DNA of 50,275 nt from the sequence record DRR723986_14832. One strand, 5' to 3'. Every line of letters starts with the position of its first letter. The first letter of the stretch is position 1. Positions 1 through 9,635 of the stretch are shown here, one piece after another. A program made the translations under genes and the position numbers. The notes under the pieces are model-generated. The model saw only the letters and a list, made by a program, of their open reading frames with translations, made no database searches and was not told where the DNA came from.

Positions 1-1
1 G

Positions 2-466
2 AAAGAAAAGAAAGACCGTGTTGATGATGCACTTCACGCAACTAGAGCTGCCGTTCAAGAAGGCGTGGTAGTAGGTGGTGGTGTAGCACTCGTAAGAGCT
101 GCCGAAGCACTTAATAACCTGAAAGGTCTTAACGAAGATGAAGATACTGGTATCAACATCATCAGACAGGCTATCGAGTCTCCATTGAGAACTATCGTTT
201 CTAATGCTGGCGGTGAGCCTTCTGTAGTGATCAATAAGATCAGAGAAAACAAAGGTAACTATGGCTACAATGCAAGAACTGACGTCTACGAAGACTTGTT
301 CAAAGCAGGTGTAATCGATCCTACTAAAGTAACTCGTTTAGCTCTTGAGAATGCAGCATCTATTGCAGCACTTCTATTGACTACTGAGTGTGTAGTAGCA
401 GATATGAAAGAAGAATCTCCTGCAATGCCTCCAATGGGCGGCGGAGGAATGGGTGGCATGATGTAA
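2..466 (+). CDS. groL: Chaperonin GroEL, C-terminal part (5' end outside window)
   Basis: Frame is open from nt 2 ([27 protein letters not shown]), then [20 protein letters not shown] and the GGM tail. Confidence 0.99.
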   Translation, partial: KEKKDRVDDALHATRAAVQEGVVVGGGVALVRAAEALNNLKGLNEDEDTGINIIRQAIESPLRTIVSNAGGEPSVVINKIRENKGNYGYNARTDVYEDLFKAGVIDPTKVTRLALENAASIAALLLTTECVVADMKEESPAMPPMGGGGMGGMM

Positions 467-489
467 TCACTGGTTCACCATACTTTAAG

Positions 490-516
490 AGGAGGTTCTA
501 AAGAACCTCCTTTTTT
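490..516 (+). terminator. Intrinsic terminator of groEL
   Basis: GGAGGTTC-taaa-GAACCTCC followed by T6. Confidence 0.9.
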
Positions 517-640
517 ATTGCCTGAGTATTAGCAGCTCCATATTTTAAATTTAAAAAAGGCGGTTAAACCTTTTTCTTGGATCAGTATTAATTGTATTTT
601 GGCTTAGTCAATTATCCTTTTTTCTATTTCAATCCCATAA

Positions 641-1033
641 ATGATCCAATTTGACACAATTTTTCTAGTGGATGACGACCCCATAAATAACCTTATTAAT
701 AAAAGGTTACTTGGAAAAGTTGGTATTACTGATAACATCATAGAATTTCTAGAAGCTGAAGAAGCTCTTAGCCAACTCAATGATATTGACCCAAACAAGT
801 CTCTTCTTATTTTTTTGGACATAAATATGCCCGTTTTAAATGGGTGGGAATTCCTCAATAAATACCAAGAGGCTCACCCGAATAGACGTGATAAAATAGT
901 TATTCTTTCTAGTTCTATCGATTATCAAGATAGATTTAAAGCTCAAGGTTATAAGATAGTTTCAGGCTTTTTAGAAAAACCCCTGACCTTTGAGAAAATT
1001 AAGACTCAATTAGAGAAATACACGAAAGAATAA
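641..1033 (+). CDS. Single-domain response regulator (CheY-like receiver)
   Basis: LVDDD, phosphoacceptor LDINMP, NGWEFL, ILSSS and KPL; no output domain. Confidence 0.93.
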   Translation: MIQFDTIFLVDDDPINNLINKRLLGKVGITDNIIEFLEAEEALSQLNDIDPNKSLLIFLDINMPVLNGWEFLNKYQEAHPNRRDKIVILSSSIDYQDRFKAQGYKIVSGFLEKPLTFEKIKTQLEKYTKE

Positions 1034-1040
1034 CCCCAGA

Positions 1041-2174
1041 TTAGTTAATAATGGGTCCCAGTCTATCCCAAATGTCTCTGATCAAAAGAAATGGAACCAA
1101 CGCATTATCTCCCGACCCACCCATTCTTATAATAACCAATCCTTCTGAGGGTACGACCATCAAGAACTGTCCATTTTTTCCCATAGCCTGGTACATATCT
1201 ACAGGTGCATTAGGCACTAGCATACCTGGAAAAATTGTTTGAGTTTGTGGAATCATATAAGAACTCTGCCCATTCAGCCAAGTGAGGTATCCATAACTTC
1301 GATTCAGGGTTTGAGAGGATTTTGATAACTCATTGAAAAAGTCTCCTGACCAGATCTGATCTCCGTCCCAATTCCCCTTTGCAAGCAATAAAAGCCCAAA
1401 TCTTGCAAAGGAGCGGGCGTCACTATAGAACACATTATTCTCGCCGGTTCTCTGCCAAAACCCTTTCATCCCTATTTTTCCACCCAAATTTTCATTGAAG
1501 AAATTTTGATAGCTTTGACCAGATGCATTTTGAACTACCTGTTCTAACAAAGTATAAGGAGCATTGTGGTAAGCCCATCTCTTACCAGGCTCAGCTAAAA
1601 ACACTAAGGAAGAAGGCTTAGTCACATCTGAATTTGCTACTCCATCATCCAGTCCAGTGGTCATGGTTAGCTGATGAATTATTCGAATATCACGCTCTTG
1701 GTTGTTGGTGAGTGATGTCCAGCCTTCGCCAAGATATTTTTGCGTTCGGTCATTAGTTTTCAACAACTTTTTATTCTCAGCAATACCCACCAATGTAGCA
1801 GTGAGAGTTTTTCCTGCAGAAGCCCAATACCAATAGGAGTTTTCATCCATCTCTCCAGCACCAGTTAACTTATTGCCCCAATATTCCTCAACTACTATTT
1901 TACCATCTTTGAGAATGATAAAAGCTCTGGTATCCTGGGTAGGTAGCCAAGCTAGAAATTCCGCAAATTTCACTCCGTCCCATCCTAGGTCTGCTATGGG
2001 TTGCTTTTCCCAAATCGAGGATTCGGTCGGGGGAAAATATAGATTTGAATTGTTAGGCGCAGGTTTTTGAGCTTCCGCACAGGCAGCGATCAATACTACC
2101 AAATACGCGAGGATCAATATTTCTCTCAAATTCTTTACCACTACTTTCTTAATCAAAATCTTTAAAAGCCCCAT
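1041..2174 (-). CDS. Serine hydrolase, beta-lactamase class C family, probable lipoprotein (true start may be slightly downstream)
   Basis: SAGK (SxxK), LTMTTGL, YHN (YxN), YGYLTW, AMGKNGQ; lipobox-like LIAAC. Confidence 0.88.
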   Translation of the reverse strand: MGLLKILIKKVVVKNLREILILAYLVVLIAACAEAQKPAPNNSNLYFPPTESSIWEKQPIADLGWDGVKFAEFLAWLPTQDTRAFIILKDGKIVVEEYWGNKLTGAGEMDENSYWYWASAGKTLTATLVGIAENKKLLKTNDRTQKYLGEGWTSLTNNQERDIRIIHQLTMTTGLDDGVANSDVTKPSSLVFLAEPGKRWAYHNAPYTLLEQVVQNASGQSYQNFFNENLGGKIGMKGFWQRTGENNVFYSDARSFARFGLLLLAKGNWDGDQIWSGDFFNELSKSSQTLNRSYGYLTWLNGQSSYMIPQTQTIFPGMLVPNAPVDMYQAMGKNGQFLMVVPSEGLVIIRMGGSGDNALVPFLLIRDIWDRLGPIIN

Positions 2175-2282
2175 TTTTATATTATTACAAATTAGATGTA
2201 AGAAGAGCAGATAGGTTTAATCGACCTACAAATTCAAGGTGAATCTTCTGGTCCAAAATAAGTCATAAAAAAGTAAATAAAC

Positions 2283-2690
2283 CTATTTAATCTGTTCATC
2301 AGGCTTCAACTGATAGCAGCGTTCATGGAGCTCAAAACCAATTTTCTGGTAAAATTGAATAGAGCCTTCAGCGGAAAATAAAAATAGCCTGGCATCGGGA
2401 GCTAAGCTCCGGGCAAACTTGAGCATCCCCTTACCTATTCCTTCTCCTTGCCTAGCCGAAATGACTGCTAAGTCTGCTATAAAAGTTCTATAGGAAAAAT
2501 CAGATAAACCCCGCAACACTCCAACCACTTGTCTTGAATCCCTTGCAACAATCACCAAATTAGAATTACGAAGCATTCTTTCTAAATGGTCGGGGTCATT
2601 CATGGGCCTTCTCTCCCCTAATCCTGAATCAGTCAGGACATGAATAAAATCCTGTAGGGGCAAGTTCTTTTCTATTTCATAAGAAACCAT
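2283..2690 (-). CDS. GNAT family N-acetyltransferase
   Basis: DLAV...RQGEGIGK acetyl-CoA motif A and FYQKIGF. Confidence 0.9.
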   Translation of the reverse strand: MVSYEIEKNLPLQDFIHVLTDSGLGERRPMNDPDHLERMLRNSNLVIVARDSRQVVGVLRGLSDFSYRTFIADLAVISARQGEGIGKGMLKFARSLAPDARLFLFSAEGSIQFYQKIGFELHERCYQLKPDEQIK

Positions 2691-2715
2691 TATTTTGAGA
2701 TATAATTAGTTAATA

Positions 2716-2976
2716 ATGACAGGAGGAGCCGGCTTTATTTCTTCAGCAAACAAGTCTTCGAAGGAGAATCGAAATCTGGGAAAAATCCGTCCCAAATCAT
2801 CAAGACCTGATGGGGTTACCCGTGAGAAAAATATGGACAAAGCTGACCTAAAAAGCATTGATGAAAGTATCAAGTATAGAAACAGCAGATATTCTTCTTT
2901 CTCTAGGAGCGGATACTTCTTCGCAATAATGGTGATCCTTACCTTGGTATGGCTTATCTGGACGCTCTTTTTTTAA
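2716..2976 (+). CDS. Small hypothetical protein with a C-terminal transmembrane helix
   Basis: 86-aa ORF filling the gap between two genes; hydrophobic C-terminus FFAIMVILTLVWLIWTLFF. Confidence 0.6.
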   Translation: MTGGAGFISSANKSSKENRNLGKIRPKSSRPDGVTREKNMDKADLKSIDESIKYRNSRYSSFSRSGYFFAIMVILTLVWLIWTLFF

Positions 2977-2981
2977 ATAGG

Positions 2982-3272
2982 TTAGTTTAAGACATCCTGA
3001 AATTCTTCCTTTTTCTTAAACATCGCTTTGGCGAATGGGCAAAGCGGAATTACTTTGATCTCTGCTTTCCGCACGTATTCTACCAGCTCCTTCAAAAGTT
3101 TTAATCCTATTCCTTGACCTTGAAGGCTATCATCAACTTCGGTATGCTCTATAATCATCTTTTTTGCACCGACCATGACATAAACCATTTCTGCAAAGCG
3201 CTTAGCTCCTTCTTGGATGAAAAAAGAACCTCTTTTCCCATCAGTTTCATGTTCGATTTTTATTTCACTCAT
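2982..3272 (-). CDS. GNAT acetyltransferase, YjdJ-like
   Basis: IEHTEVDDSLQGQGIG and IPLCPFAK motifs. Confidence 0.9.
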   Translation of the reverse strand: MSEIKIEHETDGKRGSFFIQEGAKRFAEMVYVMVGAKKMIIEHTEVDDSLQGQGIGLKLLKELVEYVRKAEIKVIPLCPFAKAMFKKKEEFQDVLN

Positions 3273-3275
3273 GGT

Positions 3276-3695
3276 TTAGCTCGTAGTTTTGCCTTCAGTC
3301 ATTTCATCATAAACTTCGTCTACTGCCTCCCAAAGCTCAATGCTGTGTCCATCCGGATCGAGTATATGCACAAACTTCCCGTATTCTGTATCATCGATCT
3401 CATCCAAAATAGTAACTCCTTCTGCCTTTAATTCTTTCACCAACTCCACGAGATTTTCTACACGGTAATTGATCATAAATTCCTTTTCTGAAGGTTTGAA
3501 ATAAGTAGTATCATCCTTCATCGGAGACCATTGGGTAAAGCCTTTTTGATTCGGATCTTCAGCACTTCTCCATTCAAAAGTAGCTCCATACGGGTCTGTA
3601 TTTAGGCCTAAGTGTGTCTGATACCAATCTTTAGTCTTTGCTGGATCCTTGACTTTGAAAAATATCCCACCGATACCTGTAACTCGTTTTTTCAT
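3276..3695 (-). CDS. VOC/glyoxalase family protein
   Basis: MKKRVTGIGGIFFK...YGKFVHILDPDGHSIELWE; ATG at 3695 preferred over the TTG at 3746. Confidence 0.9.
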   Translation of the reverse strand: MKKRVTGIGGIFFKVKDPAKTKDWYQTHLGLNTDPYGATFEWRSAEDPNQKGFTQWSPMKDDTTYFKPSEKEFMINYRVENLVELVKELKAEGVTILDEIDDTEYGKFVHILDPDGHSIELWEAVDEVYDEMTEGKTTS

Positions 3696-3820
3696 TTGAT
3701 TTCTTGATTGTTTTGATGTATTAAGATAAGGATATTCACAATTCAAAAAACCGGCAAAGGAATTTCAGGATTAACTATGTGCAAATATTAGTACTGATCA
3801 CTGAAACTGCCTACTGCATT

Positions 3821-5146
3821 CTAATTGGCCTCCTCAATCTTCACCTTAACCTTCTTCACCCGCTCATTCTTTAATTTTGGCATCAGCTTTTGTACCAAAT
3901 TACTTTTCACTGCCACATAGGAAGCAAAGTCCATAATCGTAATCAGACCAATTTCGGCGCTATTTAAACCTCCCTTTTTAGTAAGCATTCCCACAATATC
4001 ACCCTTGCTTACTTTATCCTTTTTGCCGGCACTTACATAGAGGCAAGTCCATTCTTGAGGAACAGGTGGAACGAGCTTCTCTCCCACTTTATATTCTTCA
4101 ATAAATTCTTCAATGTAATCTGGCCTGGATTCGTCATTTGCCAAAATCAGATATGACAATCCTTCTGCATGCATTCTGGCTGTCCTTCCATTTCTATGGA
4201 TAAAAGCATCTTCTTTTGGAGGCAATTGGTAATGAACTACATGCTTGATCTCCGGAATATCAAGCCCTCGTGAAGCCAAATCAGTCGCGATCAAAAGATT
4301 CGTGACTTTGCTTCGGAACCGAATCAGGTTCTTCTCACGATCGATTTGCTCTAAACCACCATGAAGAACCGAATGAAAATAGTCATACTCATTCAGCAAT
4401 GTGCTCAGTCTATCCACTGCATCCCGGTGATTGCAAAAAACGATACAGGACTCATCCTGAAATCCTGCTACCAAACGCATCAGCGTTTCCCCTTTTTCCT
4501 TGCTTGAACTATGGACAATCTTCAGTTCCAATTTGGACTCGACCACATCTTTAAGAAAATTAACCGTACGGTGATCTACAAAGGGAAGAAAATCTGGTAG
4601 TCTTTTCAACACAGTCGCCGAAGTTAGCAAATGTCTTTGCTGACCATTCAAGGCTCCGAAAATAACTTTCAATTGCTCGTGAAATCCCATTTGCAAGGAC
4701 TTATCAAATTCATCCAGTACTATCGTCTGCACAGTTTTTGGATCGAAAGAACCTCTTTCTATATGGTCAGCCAGTCTTCCAGGAGTTCCGATAATCACGT
4801 CCGGTGATTCACTTAAGCTGTTTGATTCTAACTTGGAAGAATGTCCACCATAAACAGTACTGACTCGAAATGGAGTTTTCATGCCTTTGAAAACCTGCTC
4901 GATCTGGATCGCCAATTCTCTAGAAGGGACGATAATCAAGGCCTGTACTTCCCGTACATTTTCTTTCAGTGAATTTAAAAGTGGAATGAGAAAGGCAACT
5001 GTCTTTCCTGAACCAGTTGGTGATAAAAGTACGAGATGAGGATTTTTGGCTGCTCTGGAGATGAACTCAGTTTGCATTTCGTTGAGGCTTTCAATCGAAA
5101 GGCTTTTGAGATACTGGGCGGTGGAATTTTGTTGTTTTTCTAACAC
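3821..5146 (-). CDS. dbpA: DEAD-box RNA helicase, DbpA-like
   Basis: SPTGSGKT, PSRELA, TPGR, DEFD, SAT, RGLD and HRNGRTAR, plus a C-terminal GKKDKVSKGDIVG RNA-binding domain. Start uncertain; GTG at 5146 chosen. Confidence 0.88.
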   Translation of the reverse strand: MLEKQQNSTAQYLKSLSIESLNEMQTEFISRAAKNPHLVLLSPTGSGKTVAFLIPLLNSLKENVREVQALIIVPSRELAIQIEQVFKGMKTPFRVSTVYGGHSSKLESNSLSESPDVIIGTPGRLADHIERGSFDPKTVQTIVLDEFDKSLQMGFHEQLKVIFGALNGQQRHLLTSATVLKRLPDFLPFVDHRTVNFLKDVVESKLELKIVHSSSKEKGETLMRLVAGFQDESCIVFCNHRDAVDRLSTLLNEYDYFHSVLHGGLEQIDREKNLIRFRSKVTNLLIATDLASRGLDIPEIKHVVHYQLPPKEDAFIHRNGRTARMHAEGLSYLILANDESRPDYIEEFIEEYKVGEKLVPPVPQEWTCLYVSAGKKDKVSKGDIVGMLTKKGGLNSAEIGLITIMDFASYVAVKSNLVQKLMPKLKNERVKKVKVKIEEAN

Positions 5147-5149
5147 ACA

Positions 5150-5157
5150 CAAAAGTA
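5150..5157 (-). promoter_or_regulatory. Bacteroidota -7 promoter element for dbpA
   Basis: TACTTTTG on the minus strand is an exact TAnnTTTG match. Confidence 0.6.
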
Positions 5158-5198
5158 CCCATTTCTAATGAGCTAAGCGATCAATTCCCTACCTGCAG

Positions 5199-5567
5199 CT
5201 AAACTTCCTTTCCTTTCACCACTAAAAACCAATCTCCTTCTAGCCCCAAATAGCCATAGTCGTAGCAATAATGGTAGACGTTTCCTTTCTTGGTTTCGTA
5301 GAGATGGGTGAAATATTTGAATTGAAATCCATCACTCAACAGTCGCGCACGGGTTGTTTTGCCCATTTCCTCACCTTCAGGAATGATTGATTCCAGAATA
5401 TTTCGATTCTTTTTCAGGCTGTGATTTACCCTTCGGATGTAATTGGTTGAAAAGGCATTCTGCTGATTGTTGTAGGAATTACGACATTGATCATCACAGA
5501 ACTTCTTATCAATTCTGCCTTGAATCACCGAATTACAGTTCAAACAGTATTTTTTCTCTATGGCCAT
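5199..5567 (-). CDS. Conserved hypothetical protein with an N-terminal Zn-ribbon (DUF2116-like)
   Basis: CLNC...GRIDKKFCDDQCRNSYNN and YCYDYGY. Confidence 0.8.
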   Translation of the reverse strand: MAIEKKYCLNCNSVIQGRIDKKFCDDQCRNSYNNQQNAFSTNYIRRVNHSLKKNRNILESIIPEGEEMGKTTRARLLSDGFQFKYFTHLYETKKGNVYHYCYDYGYLGLEGDWFLVVKGKEV

Positions 5568-5606
5568 ATGCTAAAAAGTTTGAAGGAATTTAAATAAATA
5601 GTTTCT

Positions 5607-5640
5607 AAAAAAATAGCGGGAGGATTAAAACTCCACCCGC
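5607..5640 (-). terminator. Intrinsic terminator downstream of 5668..6522
   Basis: Minus strand GCGGG..GGAG-ttttaa-TCCT.CCCGC followed by a T-run. Confidence 0.7.
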
Positions 5641-5667
5641 CAAAATTCGATTTTAATCATTCTTTCA

Positions 5668-6522
5668 CTAATTAAACCTGTAAGAGACTCCAGCAGTTAC
5701 TGTCATAAAGTGAAGCCAATTTTTCACATAGCCATCTCCCGGCCCTGGCTCATCCTCAGAGGTCCCAACTGCTCCGCCGCCAAGGTAACGAAAATTGAAA
5801 AATGCATTTACGTCATTAGTCACTTTCAGTCCTGACCGGATGCTTGCATCCAAAATCGCTCCTTTCACCTCATTATCACTTCCATTCAGATAACTAATCG
5901 GAGCATAGATACCGTCTGCTTCCAGTTCTAAGTAAACCAACTCACTCAAATCATACCTGGAACGAACTTTCAGAGCTGGAACTATACCCACGTCTCTGTT
6001 GGTACGGAACCTTTCTCCATCGGTAGATTCAAATGTGATAGTAGCGTTTCTTAGCTGTATACTTCCTCCTACAGCCAAATCAAATTTCGGCTTGTTGGGA
6101 AGCAATTCCCTCAGATAACTAACTCTGTAAAAAGGGAAATTATAAAGCAAATCCACAGAAGTATTTGCTGGATAGACTAAGTCGTCAACCACGATATCAT
6201 CATTCAGCAAAACCTGAGTTTGAATAGTCAGAGGCTGATACAATAAAATAAATGTGTTGCGCTCCTTAATGTCCAATTCAAGAGAAACCCTACCCACTGG
6301 AAATAGCACATTCTGTCCCCCATCTCTTTTATAATCAAAGTATGTCCCGTTTTCTCCAAACTGTACTTTATGGCTTAATACGGACAAAAAGCCTAATTCA
6401 GCCGCAGCTCGGAATTCGAAATCCTTCTTTTCTTTTTCTTCCAAAGGATGTGAATTCTGAGCAAAAGCTGGGATGCATAACGCTAAATAAAACAGTGGAA
6501 TTACAATTTTAACAATCTTCAT
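5668..6522 (-). CDS. Secreted protein, probable outer-membrane beta-barrel of unknown function
   Basis: Signal peptide (AFA-Q), alternating beta strands and C-terminal AGVSYRFN beta-signal. Confidence 0.75.
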   Translation of the reverse strand: MKIVKIVIPLFYLALCIPAFAQNSHPLEEKEKKDFEFRAAAELGFLSVLSHKVQFGENGTYFDYKRDGGQNVLFPVGRVSLELDIKERNTFILLYQPLTIQTQVLLNDDIVVDDLVYPANTSVDLLYNFPFYRVSYLRELLPNKPKFDLAVGGSIQLRNATITFESTDGERFRTNRDVGIVPALKVRSRYDLSELVYLELEADGIYAPISYLNGSDNEVKGAILDASIRSGLKVTNDVNAFFNFRYLGGGAVGTSEDEPGPGDGYVKNWLHFMTVTAGVSYRFN

Positions 6523-6586
6523 AATAATAGTTAGTTAGTGGTTTAATCTTACCTCCATTAACTATAAACTAAGAATATTGTTACGT

Positions 6587-9250
6587 TTACTTCTCAAATT
6601 TTAAGGTGTTCAGGTTGAAAGTGCTCCAGATAGATATTGGCTCTTCTGTAACATATACGAAATAGACATCCCCAAAGTAATCGGTAGCTGGAATAGTAAA
6701 GGGAGCTGCAAACCAACCTACTTGCGGTCCTGACGAAGGCCTAGAATCTTTGGTTAAAATACCGGATTCCGCAATCAACTCACCGTCTGGTGATCCAGCT
6801 CTGACCTGAAGCTTCCCTTTGGTATTTCCAGGCATGATAGCCAATGTGATTTGCTTAATCTGATTGAGATCAATATTTCTAAACAGCAACCAGGAATTAT
6901 TTGCTGTGAATTGCACATAATGTTCATCTTCAGGATTTGCCCTAGCCACATTTTCAATGCCATCAGCACTGTAAGCAGAAACAGTAGTATTTCTCAATTT
7001 CAGCTGATTAGTCGTTTTGATTGGCTTTATTCCATTTGCTCCTTGGTCCTCATAGGAAGCTTGAACCAAATAAAATCCTTCAGAATCTTCCGTGTTTTCA
7101 ATCTGATATTTACCCGATGCCGGCAAACCAGAAACAGCATTTGGATTCGCTATGCTCAAAACAAAATCAACCATTTGCCCCACCATTTTTTCATCCAAAT
7201 GAGAATGCCCAGGCATAAGTTGATCTCCCCAAACGCCGGAACCTCCATTTCTAACTTTGTTGATTAGATACGTTTTTGCATCTGGATCATTTTTATATTT
7301 CTCGGATACTGAGGTATAGTCAGGTCCTACCGATTCATTACTGATACCATGACAGGCTTTGCAACCAGCCTCATTGATGTAGGTTTCCCCAATGCTTAAG
7401 ACCTCTTCCTGATGCCCCATTTCAATGATATCGTATCCACCCTCCAAATAGTCGACGGACACATTTATTTGAGAAGGTTCTATATCCCCATCTTCCTTAT
7501 CACTAGCAGTCACAGCATAATTGATGGCCTGCTTTCCAAAATAGAAGCTCTTGTTTCCAGCCCAATCTATGGACACTACAGGTGCTTCATTTCCGACCTT
7601 TATCTCCAAAAATGAAGTTGCATCCTCTCCCTGTTTATCTGTCGCGGTCAAAGTCACCTTATATACACCGGCTGATTCGAACGTGTATGATGGATTCTCT
7701 TCATTGGAAGTAAGTCCATTTTCTCCGAATTCCCATCGATAGGTAATCTTATCATCTGTATCTGGATCCTGAGTTCCTGCGGAAGAAAAATTCACCGTTA
7801 AAGGAGCAGCACCTTGGGTTTGGTCTGCAGAGATTTGCACGTATGGCTTTCTATTTCCTTCGGAAAAAACAATTCTATACAATCCAGAATCATCGTTATT
7901 TGCCCGCCAAAAAGTACCATATTCCAACACATATAAGGACCCGTCTTTGGCGAACTGCATGTCCATAGGCTTTTCAAAATGTGTTTCTGGCATGAAACGC
8001 TCCATGGTATCGTATTCAAAATTCTCCGTCAAACTAACTGTGAAAATCCAGTTTCTCATCCAATCATAGATGAATAACTTTTCATTGTAATATCCTGGAA
8101 ACCTAACTTCTGAATCTTCATAATCTTCACGGTAATATACTTGACCAGCCATGGCATTTCTACCTCCTTGACCAAGCATAGGAAATTCTTCAGACTCAGC
8201 ATATGGGTAATAAATCAATGCAGGATGAGCTTCTGGAAGGATTTCCATTCCGGTATTATTTGGAGAGGTGTTCTTAGGGGCTTTCGGATCGAATTGGTAT
8301 AAGCTCTCTCCAGTTTCAAAATCGTATTTCCAATACGCATAATTATTTCCTACAAAATATGGCCAACCGTAATAGCCAGCACCAGTTGCTACGTTGATTT
8401 CATCGTATCCTCTAGGTCCTCGACCTTCCTCATCCTCAGCACCATCGGGCCCCACTTCACCCCAAAACAAGTTCCCATTATGGCTATCGATAGAAAATCT
8501 AAAGGGATTCCTGTTTCCTTTGACATAGATCTCAGGGCGAGTTTTTGGTGTGCCTACAGGAAATAAATTCCCTGCAGGAATGGAATAGCCACCTTCAGGA
8601 TTTGGCTTGATTCTAAGAATGGCTCCGCGCAAATCGTTGGTATTTCCCGAGCTTCGCTGGGCATCCACATTTTTGGGTTGATCAGGACGCTCATCGATAG
8701 GATTGAAATTACTAGATTCGAAAGGAGTAGTGTCATCACCGATACCAAGGTATAGATTACCTTCTGAATCAAATTCCAATCCTCCACCGGAGTGGCAGCA
8801 TCCTCGGAACAGATCGATATCTAAAATTTTAACCTCAGAAGCTAAGTCAAGCTGATTATCTACGAAATCAAATCGGGAAATTCTATTTAGTGCAGCTTCA
8901 TTTGCAGGGGCGTAATAAAGATATAGCCAGTGATTCTCGGCAAAATTAGGATCTTTCGCCATCCCCATCAAACCATCTTCACGTTCTGGAAACACGTCTA
9001 GTTCACCTACTACAATTGTTTCTCCAGAATCTTCCTGATAAAGTTTAAGCAAACCGTGACGCTCAATAATCAATACATCACCGTTATCCAATACCTCTAT
9101 CTCCATAGGTTCATTGAAATTCCCAGCAAGAGGTATTTTCGTGAAACGGGATTCATCAGGCTTTATAGTTGCAAATGGATCTTCTTGCTTTTTGTCACAA
9201 CCCCAAAAACTCATAGCACAAACTGCAAACAGAATAAGATATTTTCTCAT
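6587..9250 (-). CDS. Lipoprotein: PQQ-type glucose/sorbosone dehydrogenase propeller + PKD + cytochrome c + CBM6-like domain
   Basis: Lipobox FWGC; CCHSGGG, GNRNPFR, DEIN, YGWP; PKD YRWEFG..NPSYTF; heme motif CKACH with distal MPGH; C-terminal RAGSPDGELI..DVYFVY. Confidence 0.88.
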   Translation of the reverse strand: MRKYLILFAVCAMSFWGCDKKQEDPFATIKPDESRFTKIPLAGNFNEPMEIEVLDNGDVLIIERHGLLKLYQEDSGETIVVGELDVFPEREDGLMGMAKDPNFAENHWLYLYYAPANEAALNRISRFDFVDNQLDLASEVKILDIDLFRGCCHSGGGLEFDSEGNLYLGIGDDTTPFESSNFNPIDERPDQPKNVDAQRSSGNTNDLRGAILRIKPNPEGGYSIPAGNLFPVGTPKTRPEIYVKGNRNPFRFSIDSHNGNLFWGEVGPDGAEDEEGRGPRGYDEINVATGAGYYGWPYFVGNNYAYWKYDFETGESLYQFDPKAPKNTSPNNTGMEILPEAHPALIYYPYAESEEFPMLGQGGRNAMAGQVYYREDYEDSEVRFPGYYNEKLFIYDWMRNWIFTVSLTENFEYDTMERFMPETHFEKPMDMQFAKDGSLYVLEYGTFWRANNDDSGLYRIVFSEGNRKPYVQISADQTQGAAPLTVNFSSAGTQDPDTDDKITYRWEFGENGLTSNEENPSYTFESAGVYKVTLTATDKQGEDATSFLEIKVGNEAPVVSIDWAGNKSFYFGKQAINYAVTASDKEDGDIEPSQINVSVDYLEGGYDIIEMGHQEEVLSIGETYINEAGCKACHGISNESVGPDYTSVSEKYKNDPDAKTYLINKVRNGGSGVWGDQLMPGHSHLDEKMVGQMVDFVLSIANPNAVSGLPASGKYQIENTEDSEGFYLVQASYEDQGANGIKPIKTTNQLKLRNTTVSAYSADGIENVARANPEDEHYVQFTANNSWLLFRNIDLNQIKQITLAIMPGNTKGKLQVRAGSPDGELIAESGILTKDSRPSSGPQVGWFAAPFTIPATDYFGDVYFVYVTEEPISIWSTFNLNTLKFEK

Positions 9251-9635
9251 AGGTATTATTCAGACTTTTATCTAGGCGTGAAGGTATAGAAAACTGAAAA
9301 ACACGCGCCAAGATTATGATTAAAGGTTTATAATCAAGACAAGAGAACCTCTCTTTCCAAAACAACCAACGAGATCGCTTAACGGTTTTACGGTCATTAA
9401 ATACCAATAGTAAGAGTCATTGTTTGATAAACTTGACACTATTATTCGCCTCAGCAGTCTTCCAATACAAGTCAAGAAACTAGGAAAGGAGATTGATAAC
9501 AAGATGTCGTTGTTTTATTTAGCAATTAGACTCTTATAAAAAAAAAAATCATCTTTTATCCGCAAGCGATGTAGCACATTATTGTTTTGATACGTCTGAC
9601 TAATACATACTTTTATACCACTAAACTCGAACTAT

